Source of the DNA: Candidatus Omnitrophota bacterium
GTDB lineage: Bacteria > Omnitrophota > Gorgyraeia > Zapsychrales > Fredricksoniimonadaceae
Length of the DNA: 64,000 bases
Assembly: GCA_903908245.1 (NCBI GenBank)
Contig: CAIVRE010000020.1
Span: forward strand, 2,758 to 66,757
Reading direction: 5' to 3'
Below are positions 28,649 through 39,305 of this stretch, piece after piece; the first letter of the stretch is position 1; every line of letters starts with the position of its first letter. Under the pieces are notes generated by a model. The model saw nothing but the letters and a program-made list of their open reading frames with translations. It was not told the DNA's origin and did not search any database. A program made the translations under genes and the position numbers.

Positions 28649-28724
28649 TGGTGACCGACCCGCGACTCGAACGCGGCACGCCAGCCTTAAAAGGGCTGTG
28701 CTCTACCAGATGAGCTAGTCGGTC
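28649..28724 (-). tRNA. tRNA-Lys (TTT), with CCA encoded.
   Basis: Reverse complement GACCGACTAGCTCATCTGGTAGAGCACAGCCCTTTTAAGGCTGGCGTGCCGCGTTCGAGTCGCGGGTCGGTCACCA. Confidence 0.9.
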
Positions 28725-28740
28725 AAAATACTCAAAAGAA

Positions 28741-29301
28741 CTATATCGTCATCAGATCTTTGGTCTTTTTCTCAAGCAAAACATCTACTTCCTTAATAAA
28801 CCTGTCCGTCAGCTTCTGGATCACTTCCTGCCCCTTGAAACTGTCATCCTCGGAAATAACACTGTCTTTCTTAAGCTTGACGATCTTGTCATTCGCTTCA
28901 CGGCGGATCGTACGCAGAGAAACACGCCCTTTCTCCGACATGTCTTTTACAACCTTTGCCATTTCCTTACGACGCTCTTCAGAAAGTGGCGGAACAGCCA
29001 AACGGATGATCTTTCCGTCATTGTTAGGAGTGATCCCAAGCTTCGATGCAAGAATGGCCTTCTCAATATCCGCAAGCGCGGACGGGTCCCAGGGCTGGAT
29101 CACCAGACAGCTGGCATCGGGCGATGAAACGGCCGCCATCTGCTTAAGCTGTGTAGGAACCCCATAATAAAGAACACTCAACTCTTCCACCAGTCCGGGA
29201 TGTGCGCGGCCTGTTCGAACCTCGGCAAATTCGTGATGAACAGATTCCAGTGTCTTCTTCATGATACCTTCTGTCTGCGCAACAACCTCTTTAACGCCCA
29301 T
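28741..29301 (-). CDS. frr: Ribosome recycling factor.
   Basis: 186 aa. Full-length RRF similarity. Confidence 0.9.
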   Translation of the reverse strand: MGVKEVVAQTEGIMKKTLESVHHEFAEVRTGRAHPGLVEELSVLYYGVPTQLKQMAAVSSPDASCLVIQPWDPSALADIEKAILASKLGITPNNDGKIIRLAVPPLSEERRKEMAKVVKDMSEKGRVSLRTIRREANDKIVKLKKDSVISEDDSFKGQEVIQKLTDRFIKEVDVLLEKKTKDLMTI

Positions 29302-29313
29302 AAGATACCTCCC

Positions 29314-30036
29314 TTAGCTGACAATGGTCCCGATAGCTTCACCCAGGACCGCCCTCTTGATATTCCCCTTCTTAAGAAGATTGAATACAAGGATCGGAAG
29401 ACTGTTATCCATACACATGCTGATCGCCGTTGAATCCATGACCTTCAGGTCCTGGTTCAAAACATCGATGAAACGCAACTTGTCGTACTTCTTCGCTTTC
29501 TTGTCTTTCATGGGATCGGCCGTATAAACACCGTCCACCTTCGTCGCCTTCATGATAATATCGGCCTTGATCTCGCTCGCGCGCAAGGCCGCCGCCGTAT
29601 CCGTCGTAAAGTACGGATTTCCGGTGCCGGCCACAAAAATAATAACACGCTTCTTCTCCAGATGCCGCATCGCCCGGCGTACAATATAAGGCTCGGCAAC
29701 AGCCTGCATCTGAATAGCTGTCATCACGCGGGTAGGAACACCCAACTGCTCGAGAGCGTTCTGCAAAGCCAGCCCATTGAGGACCGTCGCCAGCATCCCC
29801 ATATAATCCGCCACCGAACGGTCAAGGCCAAAACGCTTGCTCTCAGCGCCTCCACGGAAAAGATTGCCGCCGCCGACAACGATCGCGACCTGCACCCCCA
29901 TTTCCCAAATATCCTTGATCTGGGAAGCAAATGTCACACAAGTATCAGCGTCAATACCATGCTGCTGACTGCCCTGAAGGGCTTCGCCGCTCAATTTGAG
30001 CAATATCCGTTTGTAACAAGGCGTTTCTTTGATCAT
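29314..30036 (-). CDS. pyrH: UMP kinase.
   Basis: [11 protein letters not shown] and [17 protein letters not shown] motifs. Confidence 0.9.
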   Translation of the reverse strand: MIKETPCYKRILLKLSGEALQGSQQHGIDADTCVTFASQIKDIWEMGVQVAIVVGGGNLFRGGAESKRFGLDRSVADYMGMLATVLNGLALQNALEQLGVPTRVMTAIQMQAVAEPYIVRRAMRHLEKKRVIIFVAGTGNPYFTTDTAAALRASEIKADIIMKATKVDGVYTADPMKDKKAKKYDKLRFIDVLNQDLKVMDSTAISMCMDNSLPILVFNLLKKGNIKRAVLGEAIGTIVS

Positions 30037-30048
30037 ACGCTCCGGCTT

Positions 30049-30567
30049 TTATTCCCCGATCTTATAGCGCGTGAACCGGCTGATAATGATATTCTCGCCA
30101 ATCTTGGCTACCAGTTCATTGAGCAGGTCCGCAACAGATTTTGAAGGATCCTTCACATAAGACTGATCCAGAAGGCAATTCGCCTTTAAAAAATCCTTCT
30201 GATCCGCGACAGCGTTGAGAATATCCGCCGGGATCTCTTCCTTCTTGATGTATTTCGGTGCCATTGCCGCGATATGCATGGCAATGTCTTTGGTAAACCT
30301 CATAAAATCATCATTACGGCCGACAAAATCCGTCTCGCAATTGACCTCAACGATCACGCCGATCTTGTTCCCGTTATGAATATACGCCTCGATACGGCCT
30401 TCATTGGCCGCACGACCGCCCTTCTTGATCGCCATCTCCAGGCCGCGCTGACGAAGCAAGTCCTTGGCCTTGTTCATGTCACCATTAGACTCGGCCAGGG
30501 CTCTTTTGCAATCCATGATCCCGCAACCGGTCGCCTCTCTTAACTCTTTAACACTATTAACAGACAT
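30049..30567 (-). CDS. tsf: Elongation factor Ts, an unusually short 172 aa form.
   Basis: N-terminal VKELREATGCGIMDCKRAL UBA-like motif. Confidence 0.85.
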   Translation of the reverse strand: MSVNSVKELREATGCGIMDCKRALAESNGDMNKAKDLLRQRGLEMAIKKGGRAANEGRIEAYIHNGNKIGVIVEVNCETDFVGRNDDFMRFTKDIAMHIAAMAPKYIKKEEIPADILNAVADQKDFLKANCLLDQSYVKDPSKSVADLLNELVAKIGENIIISRFTRYKIGE

Positions 30568-30572
30568 GGGGA

Positions 30573-31463
30573 TTACTCCTTATCAGAAGCGCCCTTTTTG
30601 GCACGCTTTTTATTGTCAGATATCTTCTCGCCGGTAACCAGATCATACTGATCAAGAGCTTCCGACAGACTTTCCTTGATGATCTCGGGGATCGCCGGAT
30701 CGATCACCGGGGCTTCAGGCTCAACAGCCGCAACTTCCACAACGACAGGCGCCTCAACCTTGGCACCGGAAGTACCCATGAACTCCTTGCGCCCTTCGAT
30801 AATACCATCAACGACCATTGACATAACAATGCGAATGGCCTTGACCGCGTCATCATTGGAAGGGATCGGAAGCTGGACCGGATCCGGATCACTGTTGGTA
30901 TCGATCATGGCAATGACCGGGATATTCAAACGGTTCGCTTCACGTACCGCGATCTCTTCATTCTTCACATCCACGACAAATACCGCTTCCGGATACTGGG
31001 TCATCTCACGAATTCCGCCAAGATCCGCCAGCAAACGCTCACGTTCCTTGTTGAGAACAGAAACTTCTTTCTTTGTCAAACGCTCGAAAACGCCTTCTTT
31101 TTCCATGCGCTCGATATCCTGCAGCTTGCGAATGGACTTCTTGACAGTTTCAAAATTGGTCAAAAGCCCGCCCATCCAGCGATTGTTCACATAGAACATC
31201 CCGGAACGCCCGGCCTCTTCCTTGACAACATCCTGCGCCTGTTTCTTTGTGCCGATGAACAGGAATTTTCCGCCCTTGGCCGCGATATCACGCGCGAAAT
31301 CACGGGCCTGCTCCAGGCACTCCCCTGTCTTTTCAAGGTCGATAATATAAATACCGCCCCGTGCGCCAAAGATATACTTCTTCATTTTTGGGTTCCACCG
31401 GCGGGTTTGATGTCCGAAATGGACGCCGGCTTCAAGCAACTTCTTGATCGTTTCTGTGGTCAT
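30573..31463 (-). CDS. rpsB: 30S ribosomal protein S2.
   Basis: LLEAGVHFGHQTRRWNPKM motif. Confidence 0.95.
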   Translation of the reverse strand: MTTETIKKLLEAGVHFGHQTRRWNPKMKKYIFGARGGIYIIDLEKTGECLEQARDFARDIAAKGGKFLFIGTKKQAQDVVKEEAGRSGMFYVNNRWMGGLLTNFETVKKSIRKLQDIERMEKEGVFERLTKKEVSVLNKERERLLADLGGIREMTQYPEAVFVVDVKNEEIAVREANRLNIPVIAMIDTNSDPDPVQLPIPSNDDAVKAIRIVMSMVVDGIIEGRKEFMGTSGAKVEAPVVVEVAAVEPEAPVIDPAIPEIIKESLSEALDQYDLVTGEKISDNKKRAKKGASDKE

Positions 31464-31703
31464 AACTGCTCCTTTTTTAATCCTGGCCGCGCCGTATAGA
31501 CCCTAGAAGTGAAGGCGCACCATCACCCTCGAACTTGACGCCCGAGGAGAAACTGCCGGCATTTCACTTCATTCCCTGCCAACAGCTTCCATTAACTATA
31601 GACGGCCCCGCCTATCGGGACCGGAAAAAATGTTGCGCTAGTATATCCAAGAAATTTTGAAAAAGCAATAAGATTATTAACAACTATGCTATAATTCCAA
31701 CTC

Positions 31704-32507
31704 ATGTTGCCGATCTCCGATTACCATATGCATACCCCCCTGTGTGGTCACGCCTCGGGAGAGCCTGCCGAATATGCCGATGCAGCCCTAAAATCCGGCC
31801 TCCAGGAGATCGGGTTCTCGGATCACGCCCCGCTCTTCTCCCACAAAGACCCGGGCATCGCAATGGACCTTTCCCAACTGCCTGGTTACCATCGCACGAT
31901 CGAGGATATCCGCGAAAAGTTTTCTGCCAGACTGACAGTCCGGATCGGGATCGAGGCTGACTATATGCCCGGCTACGAGAAAGAAACCCGTGCCATGCTG
32001 GCGGCCTATCCTTATGATTATGTGATCGGGTCCGTTCATTTCATTGCCCAATGGGGCTTCGATGACCCTATCCAGCTTATGGAATGGGACAAGAAAGATG
32101 TGAACACCATCTATCGGGAGCACTTTAAACTGATCCGGCAAAGTGCCTTGTCGGGGCTGTTCGACATCCTTGGCCATGTAGACCTTGTAAAGAAATTTGA
32201 CTTTCACCCCACTGAAGACATGTCGGAAGAGATCGAAGAAAATGCCCGCACCTTCAAGAAAGCCGGGGTTGTCGTCGAGATCAATTCTTCCGGACTCCAC
32301 AAGCCGGCGGGTGAAATATATCCGTCACAAGCCCACCTGAAAGCCTATCGCAAACAAGGAGTTCTTATCACCTTCGGATCAGATGCGCATAAACCACAGC
32401 AGGTAGGACGGGACTTTGACAAAGCGCGCGATTGGGCCCTGGCCGCAGGGTATGACAATTATGTAATGTTCGCAAAACGCAAGATCGTCAAAACTGTTAA
32501 ATTATAA
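31704..32507 (+). CDS. hisK: Histidinol-phosphatase of the PHP family.
   Basis: DYHMHTPLCGHA PHP motif. 267 aa. Confidence 0.75.
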   Translation: MLPISDYHMHTPLCGHASGEPAEYADAALKSGLQEIGFSDHAPLFSHKDPGIAMDLSQLPGYHRTIEDIREKFSARLTVRIGIEADYMPGYEKETRAMLAAYPYDYVIGSVHFIAQWGFDDPIQLMEWDKKDVNTIYREHFKLIRQSALSGLFDILGHVDLVKKFDFHPTEDMSEEIEENARTFKKAGVVVEINSSGLHKPAGEIYPSQAHLKAYRKQGVLITFGSDAHKPQQVGRDFDKARDWALAAGYDNYVMFAKRKIVKTVKL

Positions 32508-32518
32508 AAAGTCAGCCC

Positions 32519-33733
32519 CTACTTATATTTGTCGGAAACATATTTTTCTAATATTTCAATGAACTCTTCCTTGATCCTGTCTCCTTTTAAAACTGTCTTT
32601 TTTTCTCCATCGATATAAACAGGCGCTACCGGATCCTCAAAGGCGCCAGGCAGACTGATTCCAATATCCGCGTGCCGGCTCTCTCCCGGGCCATTGACCA
32701 CACACCCCATCACCGCGATCTTGAGCTTTTCAACACCTGGATAAGCCTTGCGCCACTGCGTCATCCGGGAAGAAACATGCTTCTGAATGTCCTGGGCAAG
32801 CGCTTGAAAATAAACGCTCTTGGTGCGCCCGCACCCCGGACAGCTTGCAATGCTCGGAATAAAATACCTGAAGCCCAGCGATTGCAAAAGCTCCTGGCAG
32901 ACTTCCACCTCGCGCGAACGGGGAGCCCCCGGTTCAGGCGTAAGAGAGACCCGGATCGTATCCCCGATCCCTTGTTCAAGCAGGACTCCCAGTGCGGCCG
33001 CACTGGACGTAATGCCTTTCACCCCGCCGCCAGCCTCGGTCAAGCCTAAATGCAACACATAATCGCACTCCCTGGACAACCGGCGGTAAACTTCGATCGT
33101 GTCCTGGACCACTGAAAGCTTGGCGCTAAGCACGAGCTTGCTCCTGGGCAGGCCGAGCTCCAGGGCATACGCGGCGCTGTCCAAAGCGCTCTGGATGACC
33201 GCGTCATACATGATCTGCTTCAAACTTTTTGGATCGGAAGCCCTTTGATTGGAATCCATCATCGTCGATAATATTTCCCTGTCCAAAGAACCCCAATTGA
33301 CCCCGATGCGGACCGCCTTTGAGTTCTTGACCGCGATCCCGATAATACGCGAAAAATTATCATCCGTTCGTGCCGCGCCGCTCACATTACCCGGATTTAT
33401 ACGATACTTATCCAATAATTCCGCAAGCTGCGGATGCTTTGCAAGAATAACATGGCCGTTAAAATGAAAATCACCGATAACAGGCGTTGCAATGCCGTTA
33501 GAGCGCAAATGACCGATGATCTTGATCGCCCCAAGGGCAGCCGCATCATCATTGATGGTCCAGCGGACCATTTCAGAACCCGCTTCGATCAGCAGAAGCG
33601 TTTGCGCCAGAGTGGCGTCCACATCGGCCGTAGGCGTATCGGTCATAGACTGGACCGCGACCGGATGGTCGCTTCCCAGCAAAAGCCCCCCGACCACAAC
33701 AGAAGGGGTTTTACGGCGGATGATTTTATGCAT
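32519..33733 (-). CDS. ispG: 4-hydroxy-3-methylbut-2-en-1-yl diphosphate synthase (GcpE).
   Basis: RINPGN motif and C-terminal CPxCGRT / GCVVNGPGE cluster motifs. Confidence 0.9.
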   Translation of the reverse strand: MHKIIRRKTPSVVVGGLLLGSDHPVAVQSMTDTPTADVDATLAQTLLLIEAGSEMVRWTINDDAAALGAIKIIGHLRSNGIATPVIGDFHFNGHVILAKHPQLAELLDKYRINPGNVSGAARTDDNFSRIIGIAVKNSKAVRIGVNWGSLDREILSTMMDSNQRASDPKSLKQIMYDAVIQSALDSAAYALELGLPRSKLVLSAKLSVVQDTIEVYRRLSRECDYVLHLGLTEAGGGVKGITSSAAALGVLLEQGIGDTIRVSLTPEPGAPRSREVEVCQELLQSLGFRYFIPSIASCPGCGRTKSVYFQALAQDIQKHVSSRMTQWRKAYPGVEKLKIAVMGCVVNGPGESRHADIGISLPGAFEDPVAPVYIDGEKKTVLKGDRIKEEFIEILEKYVSDKYK

Positions 33734-33738
33734 ATCGA

Positions 33739-33766
33739 TTTACTCCATTTTGAACAATGTTATAAT
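33739..33766 (+). promoter_or_regulatory. Sigma70-like promoter for ispH.
   Basis: TTTACT, then a 16-bp spacer, then an extended -10 TGTTATAAT. It lies ~30 nt upstream of the ispH ATG, in the divergent ispG/ispH gap. Confidence 0.45.
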
Positions 33767-33797
33767 CATCATACTAAAAAGAAATGAAATTGTGAAC

Positions 33798-34733
33798 ATG
33801 TTAAAGGGCTCAATGCAAATCTTCCTCGCCAGGACCCAGGGTTTTTGTGCCGGCGTAGCGCGCGCCATCGATATTGTGGAACAGGCGCTCGCCCGGTACG
33901 GCTCACCGCTTTATGTATACCACGAGATCGTGCATAATACAGCGGTCGTAAACGACCTGAAAGGCCGCGGGATCATCTTCGTCGACAACATCGATGCAGT
34001 CCCCGACGGGGCCAGGCTCATCTTCAGCGCTCACGGCGTAGCCCCGGCCATCATCCATCAGACCAGGGTCAAACAGCTCAAAACAATTGATGCCACCTGC
34101 CCCCTCGTGACCAAGGTCCATGATGAAGCCGTCCGTTTCTCGACCGACGGTCTCGACGTTATCCTGATCGGGCATAAAGGCCATGAAGAAGTGGAAGGCA
34201 CCGCCGGCCATGTAACAGCCGGCCGCCTGCACATCGTCCAGAACGCAGGGGATATTGAAAAACTCGATATCCCCGCGCACCGGAAAGTCGCCTTCATCAC
34301 CCAGACCACTCTCTCGCTGGACGAAACCCGGGAACTGATCCTGCGACTGCGTGCCCGGTTCCCGAGGCTCACCGGCCCGGCCAAAGATGACATCTGCTAC
34401 GCCACCCAGAACCGGCAGGACTCCGTCAAAGAGCTCGCCGGCATCTGTGATATCATTATCATTTGCGGCTCGCCGAACAGTTCCAATTCGAACCGCCTCA
34501 GGGAAAAAGGCGAACAGCTTGGCATCCAAAGTATTATTGTCGACAACGCCAATGAACTGGACCCGGCGATCCTGAAAGGAAAACAGAATGTCGGCATCAG
34601 TTCCGGGGCCTCTGTCCCCCGCCACCTGGTAGAGGATATCGTCCACCAGATCCGAAAGGCATTTCCTGAAGCCGTCATTAAAACATTCGATAACCCTGAA
34701 AAGAACATCATCTTCCCGAGGCCGGAAATTTAA
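33798..34733 (+). CDS. ispH: 4-hydroxy-3-methylbut-2-enyl diphosphate reductase (LytB). The start is MLKGSMQIF, or the second Met at 33813.
   Basis: FCAGVARAIDIVE...SAHGV...DATCPLVTKVH motifs. The provided ORF's 5' extension overlaps ispG and is not real. Confidence 0.9.
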   Translation: MLKGSMQIFLARTQGFCAGVARAIDIVEQALARYGSPLYVYHEIVHNTAVVNDLKGRGIIFVDNIDAVPDGARLIFSAHGVAPAIIHQTRVKQLKTIDATCPLVTKVHDEAVRFSTDGLDVILIGHKGHEEVEGTAGHVTAGRLHIVQNAGDIEKLDIPAHRKVAFITQTTLSLDETRELILRLRARFPRLTGPAKDDICYATQNRQDSVKELAGICDIIIICGSPNSSNSNRLREKGEQLGIQSIIVDNANELDPAILKGKQNVGISSGASVPRHLVEDIVHQIRKAFPEAVIKTFDNPEKNIIFPRPEI

Positions 34734-34734
34734 T

Positions 34735-35688
34735 ATGGACCTTTCCTCCCTTACAAACGCAGGGATTCCCGTTGCGCCCAATGCCTTGCTGTCCGACTAC
34801 ACGACGTTCAAGCTCGGCGGCCCCTGCACGGCGCTTGTCACATGCGCCGACCGGGCCCGGTTAACAACCGCGGTCTATGCGCTGCGCAAGCGCAACATCC
34901 CTTTTATCCTGATGGGCTTTGGTTCCAATATCCTTGCCTCGGACAAAGGGATCAACGGTGTCATTATCCGTTACACCAGCGATATCCCCCTCATCACACA
35001 TAACGGCAATACCCTCACCGTTGATGCAGCCACTCAACTCGATGCGCTGGCACAATACGCGGTCAACTCGGGGCTTGACGGGATGACCACGTTTTGCGGG
35101 ATCCCCGGAACAGTAGGTGGCGCCATTGCCGGAAATGCCGGTGCCTATGGAGCGCAGATCAGCGACTCTCTGCAAAAACTGGACTTGCTTGGTCCGGACG
35201 GAAATATCACATCCGTTCCCCGCGACTGCATTCATTTTGAATACCGCGATTCTGATATCAAACATAACGATGCGATCATCCTGTCGGCGCAGTTCAAGCT
35301 TCCGTCAGGCGACATCGGTAAAATGCAGGAACTGCGTATCCATATCATTAAAGAACGGGAAAGCAAACACGGACGCTGGCAGGATAACCCGTGCGCAGGG
35401 TCCTTCTTCCGCAATATCGCGCCGACCTCGAACGCCGGCCAGCGTCAGTCTGCCGGAGGGATCATCGAACGGACCGGAGGAAAAGACCTCCGCATCGGAG
35501 GGGCTCACCCCTATCCCAAGCATGCCAATATCATTACGCGCGATAACAGCGCCAGCGCGCAGGATGTCCTCGATCTCACCTCAAAGATACAGGAACTGGT
35601 CAGGTCAAAGACCGGGATCGAGTTGATCCGCGAAGTGCGGCTGCTGGGGACATTCAACGGCCAGGGGAATGCCGACGGATTCTGGTAA
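34735..35688 (+). CDS. murB: UDP-N-acetylenolpyruvoylglucosamine reductase.
   Basis: FKLGGP...MGFGSNIL FAD-binding motifs. 317 aa. Confidence 0.85.
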   Translation: MDLSSLTNAGIPVAPNALLSDYTTFKLGGPCTALVTCADRARLTTAVYALRKRNIPFILMGFGSNILASDKGINGVIIRYTSDIPLITHNGNTLTVDAATQLDALAQYAVNSGLDGMTTFCGIPGTVGGAIAGNAGAYGAQISDSLQKLDLLGPDGNITSVPRDCIHFEYRDSDIKHNDAIILSAQFKLPSGDIGKMQELRIHIIKERESKHGRWQDNPCAGSFFRNIAPTSNAGQRQSAGGIIERTGGKDLRIGGAHPYPKHANIITRDNSASAQDVLDLTSKIQELVRSKTGIELIREVRLLGTFNGQGNADGFW

Positions 35689-35694
35689 CACGCC

Positions 35695-37614
35695 TTACCT
35701 GCCTGATGCCTGTTTCAGTCCCTCAAGAAATGCCGCATCGATCCTGCCGCCTAATAATTCCGCTTTCTGCACGTCTATCCAGGACTTGTCATATTCTTTA
35801 AAATAATAATAAGCGAACGCCCGGTTATTATAGGCCTCTGCATTCTCGGGGCTTATTTCAATAGCCTTGCTGAAATCAGACACAGCCTGCGTAAAATCAT
35901 CTTGCTTGGCATAACTGATGCCGCGATTGTTATACGCGTCGTAATGATCCGGGATCAACCCGATAGCCTTGTTATAATCAGATATAGCGTGAATAAGATC
36001 GCCTTCTTCATCATAAAGACTGCCGCGCCTGTTATAAGCCTCCGCATAGTCGGGGTTTATTTCAATGGCCTTGTTATAATCAGACATGGCCTGTGCCAAA
36101 TTGCCCTGCTTATCGTAAGCGCTCCCACGGTTATTATACGCTATTGAAGAGCCCGGCTTTATTTCGATAGCCTTGTTAAAATCGGCCATGGCTTGAATAA
36201 AGGCTCCCTGTTTAGCGTAAATGATCCCGCGATTGTTATAAGCATCGTAATAATCAGGGGAAAGTCCAATGGCTTTATTATAATCCGCCATGGCCCGGTT
36301 GAGATCCCCTTCTTTGTCGTAGAAAAGGCCGCGCTGGGCATATGGCCTTGCCTTGTGCGGGGACTTTTGAAGAGTGTCTTCCCATAAGGTCAACTCGTCT
36401 TTCCAGACCATGTTCCGTCGGTAAGTCAATACAGCATTACAGGCCACTATCATCATCAAGGCTACGACCGTCATCTTAATGGTATTCTTCCCAAAAAGAT
36501 AATATATGCCGCTGACCAAGAAAATGCTGTACCCCACCAAGGGCAAATAAAGCCTGTGTTCAAAGATCACATCCTGGATCGGAAGAAAACTGGATTCGGG
36601 CAGTAAAGTCAGGAAAAACCAGAAGATGAAGAAAGAAACAAGCCTGTACCTGAAGAACAAGCGTTGCGCAAAAAACAGAATTGCCGTTAAAAACAAGAAC
36701 CCGAATGCGGTGGACACTTCAAAGGCACTTCTGGAGATCGAATAATCATAATCAAGATTCTGGTTAACAGGCAGGAAAACCAGCCTTATATAGGTGGATA
36801 TGACCCTGAATTGAGTTAAGAAATAATGTATAAGAGAGATCCCCGGCGCACTTTGTAATTCATGTGCCCTCTCCGCCCCTGTTTCAGTCAGTAGCATTGT
36901 TAAAGGAATAATAAATATCGTGAGCAAGAAAGGAACAAGCCGTTTCCAGTTAACACCTTTCTTTGTCTTAAAAAAGCTGAATTCATAGAACAGGATCATC
37001 AACGGCAAGGTTATGGCTATTTCCTTGGTGAACATCGCGGCCATGGCCATTATCAGTGATCCAATAAAGTAAGATCTCCCGGATCCCGCGGCGGATCCTT
37101 CCTCCTGTATCTCCCTCCACTTGATGTAGGAACATAAGGATGCTACATAGAACAAAGTCGCCATCGAAGAAGCCCGTTGCACAATATATGTCACTGACTC
37201 GGTTTGGACCGGGTGCGCAACAAAAACCAGCCCTGCCAATAAAGATATAACATTGGCATGACCTGTTATCTCCTCTTCTTTCATAGCCGGAGTGGCAAGG
37301 GTCAATAGAACAAGCCTCCAGACAAGAACAGCGGTAAGCAAATGAACCGTCAGGTTCACCAGATGATACCCGAACACATCAAGCCGGTTAAAATGATAAT
37401 TCAAAGCAATGGAAAAATAGAGGATGAAGCGCCGTGGAAGAAAATTCCAGATATTAGACAGGTCCGAAACACTTCTTATCGCAAAATTATCAATTATAGA
37501 AGATTGGTCATCCAGATGGAACGAGGAAAGGAAAGTATTGGAATATACAACGATCCCCAAACAACAAATAAAAATGATCGAGAGCGGCCGGATATACAAC
37601 GATCTCAAGATCAA
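35695..37614 (-). CDS. TMTC-like protein. The N-terminal polytopic GT-C-like membrane domain is fused to C-terminal TPR repeats.
   Basis: About 420 aa with around 10 transmembrane helices. Six or more 34-aa TPR units follow, of the form AY.NRG..Y...G....A..D..KAI. Confidence 0.5.
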   Translation of the reverse strand: MILRSLYIRPLSIIFICCLGIVVYSNTFLSSFHLDDQSSIIDNFAIRSVSDLSNIWNFLPRRFILYFSIALNYHFNRLDVFGYHLVNLTVHLLTAVLVWRLVLLTLATPAMKEEEITGHANVISLLAGLVFVAHPVQTESVTYIVQRASSMATLFYVASLCSYIKWREIQEEGSAAGSGRSYFIGSLIMAMAAMFTKEIAITLPLMILFYEFSFFKTKKGVNWKRLVPFLLTIFIIPLTMLLTETGAERAHELQSAPGISLIHYFLTQFRVISTYIRLVFLPVNQNLDYDYSISRSAFEVSTAFGFLFLTAILFFAQRLFFRYRLVSFFIFWFFLTLLPESSFLPIQDVIFEHRLYLPLVGYSIFLVSGIYYLFGKNTIKMTVVALMMIVACNAVLTYRRNMVWKDELTLWEDTLQKSPHKARPYAQRGLFYDKEGDLNRAMADYNKAIGLSPDYYDAYNNRGIIYAKQGAFIQAMADFNKAIEIKPGSSIAYNNRGSAYDKQGNLAQAMSDYNKAIEINPDYAEAYNRRGSLYDEEGDLIHAISDYNKAIGLIPDHYDAYNNRGISYAKQDDFTQAVSDFSKAIEISPENAEAYNNRAFAYYYFKEYDKSWIDVQKAELLGGRIDAAFLEGLKQASGR

Positions 37615-37626
37615 TCCCCCTCACGT

Positions 37627-38082
37627 CTATTCCGTGGCGACCGTCTTTTCCTCATCGAGCGCGCCTTTCATCGTCCTCCACGCCAAAACAGCGCATTTGA
37701 CACGGCTGGGATATTTCCAGATACCGGAAAAAACAGTGAGCTTGCCCAAAGAATGTGCGTCCTTCTCGGGATCCAGCTCTTTGGTCAATAAATGATGGAA
37801 CTCATCGAACAAATGCCGCGCTTCATCAACGGTCTTTCCTTTGATCGAAGCCGTCATCATAGAGGCCGAGGCTTTTGAGATAGCGCAACCGTCACCGAGG
37901 AATGTCACCTCCTCGATAACGCCCCGGGGGCTCACACGCAAATACACATCGAGATGATCCCCGCACAACGGATTGTACCCTTCGGAATGATGGGTACACG
38001 GCTCAAGCTTGACATAATTCTTCGGGCGCCTGTTATGCTCCAGAATAACTTGCTGATAAAGCTCCTCGCTATGAACGCTCAC
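37627..38082 (-). CDS. sufU: SufU/IscU-like Fe-S cluster sulfur-transfer scaffold.
   Basis: YNPLCGD and GDGCAISKAS motifs. Confidence 0.8.
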   Translation of the reverse strand: MSVHSEELYQQVILEHNRRPKNYVKLEPCTHHSEGYNPLCGDHLDVYLRVSPRGVIEEVTFLGDGCAISKASASMMTASIKGKTVDEARHLFDEFHHLLTKELDPEKDAHSLGKLTVFSGIWKYPSRVKCAVLAWRTMKGALDEEKTVATE

Positions 38083-39302
38083 CTGAATACTCCTATCACT
38101 TTCCGCAAAGCTCTCATGAAAATATCCAGCTCTTCTTTCGTATTATAGAACGTCAACGATGCGCGCGAAGTCGCCGGGATGCCGAACCTCTTCATCACCG
38201 GCTGGGTGCAATGATGCCCGGTGCGAATGGCAATGCCTTCACGGTCAAGAAGCGTGCCCACATCATGCGGATGCACATTCTCCAGGACAAAAGAAAAGAT
38301 CGGCGCCTTATCAGCCGCCGTCCCGATCAATTTCAGGCCGTCAACCCCCTCGAACAATTTCGTACCGTAAGTGCAAAGCTCCTTTTTATAAACAATAATA
38401 TCCGCCCAACCAAGGCCCGTCACATAATCAATGGACGCGCCCAGGCCAATAACGCCGGCCACATTGGGTGTGCCAGCCTCGAATTTATGCGGAAGCCGGT
38501 TATAGATCGTTTTTTCAAAAGTCACGCTCAGGATCATGTCGCCACCGCCCTGATAAGGCGGCATGCTGTCAAGTAAATGCTCTTTCCCATAAAGGACCCC
38601 GACACCGGTCGGACCGTAAAGCTTGTGGCCAGAGAAAACACAGAAGTCAACATCCAGATCCTGCACATCGATCGGTTCGTGAGAGATGCCCTGTGCCGAA
38701 TCAAGGACAAAAACAGCTCCGACCGCGTGGGCATCCCGGATCATCCCCTTCACAGGATTGACCGTCCCGAGAGAATTGGACACATGAACGATCGAGACGA
38801 TCTTTGTCCTCGATGACAACAACTTGCGGTATTCTTCAAGAATGATCTCGCCCCGGTCATTGATGGGCGCCACCTTGATAACGCACCCTGTCATCTCCCG
38901 TACCATCTGCCAGGGAACGATATTCGCGTGATGCTCCATGGTTGACAAAAGGATCTCATCTCCGGGCTTCAGGAAAGGACGGGCATAACTCTGCGCCAGC
39001 AAATTCAGCGATTCAGTAGCCCCCTTGGTGAAAACAACCTCCGAAAGGCTTTTGGCATTGAGCAGCCGCCTGACTTTATCGCGCGCTGCCTCATACTCAG
39101 CAGTAGCCTCCTCACTCAAATAATGAACACCACGGTGAATATTGGATGTCCGGTGGCAATAATGATGATGAGTCTGTGAAATGACCTGACAGGGTTTGAA
39201 CGTCGTTGCCGCATTATCAAAATAGATGAGCGGCTTATCGTCCCGGCCTCGCGCCGCAAGGTTCGGAAAATCTTTTCGTACTTTTTCAATATCGAGAGCC
39301 AT
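38079..39302 (-). CDS. sufS: Cysteine desulfurase SufS.
   Basis: FDNAATT, SGHKLYGPTG (pyridoxal phosphate-binding Lys) and the HHC active-site Cys motifs. Confidence 0.85.
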   Translation of the reverse strand: MALDIEKVRKDFPNLAARGRDDKPLIYFDNAATTFKPCQVISQTHHHYCHRTSNIHRGVHYLSEEATAEYEAARDKVRRLLNAKSLSEVVFTKGATESLNLLAQSYARPFLKPGDEILLSTMEHHANIVPWQMVREMTGCVIKVAPINDRGEIILEEYRKLLSSRTKIVSIVHVSNSLGTVNPVKGMIRDAHAVGAVFVLDSAQGISHEPIDVQDLDVDFCVFSGHKLYGPTGVGVLYGKEHLLDSMPPYQGGGDMILSVTFEKTIYNRLPHKFEAGTPNVAGVIGLGASIDYVTGLGWADIIVYKKELCTYGTKLFEGVDGLKLIGTAADKAPIFSFVLENVHPHDVGTLLDREGIAIRTGHHCTQPVMKRFGIPATSRASLTFYNTKEELDIFMRALRKVIGVFR

Positions 39303-39305
39303 GGA

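Noticed and set aside
31464-31703. rpsB leader as an S2 autoregulatory structure, with a TATAAT just upstream of hisK.
   Set aside because: No convincing conserved pseudoknot or hairpin could be identified by eye. The TATAAT is too close to the hisK ATG to assign confidently.
33516-33797. 5' extension of the ispH ORF that overlaps ispG on the opposite strand.
   Set aside because: The conserved IspH N-terminus (MQIF..GFCAGV) starts at 33798/33813, and a good promoter lies at 33739-33766 inside the extension.
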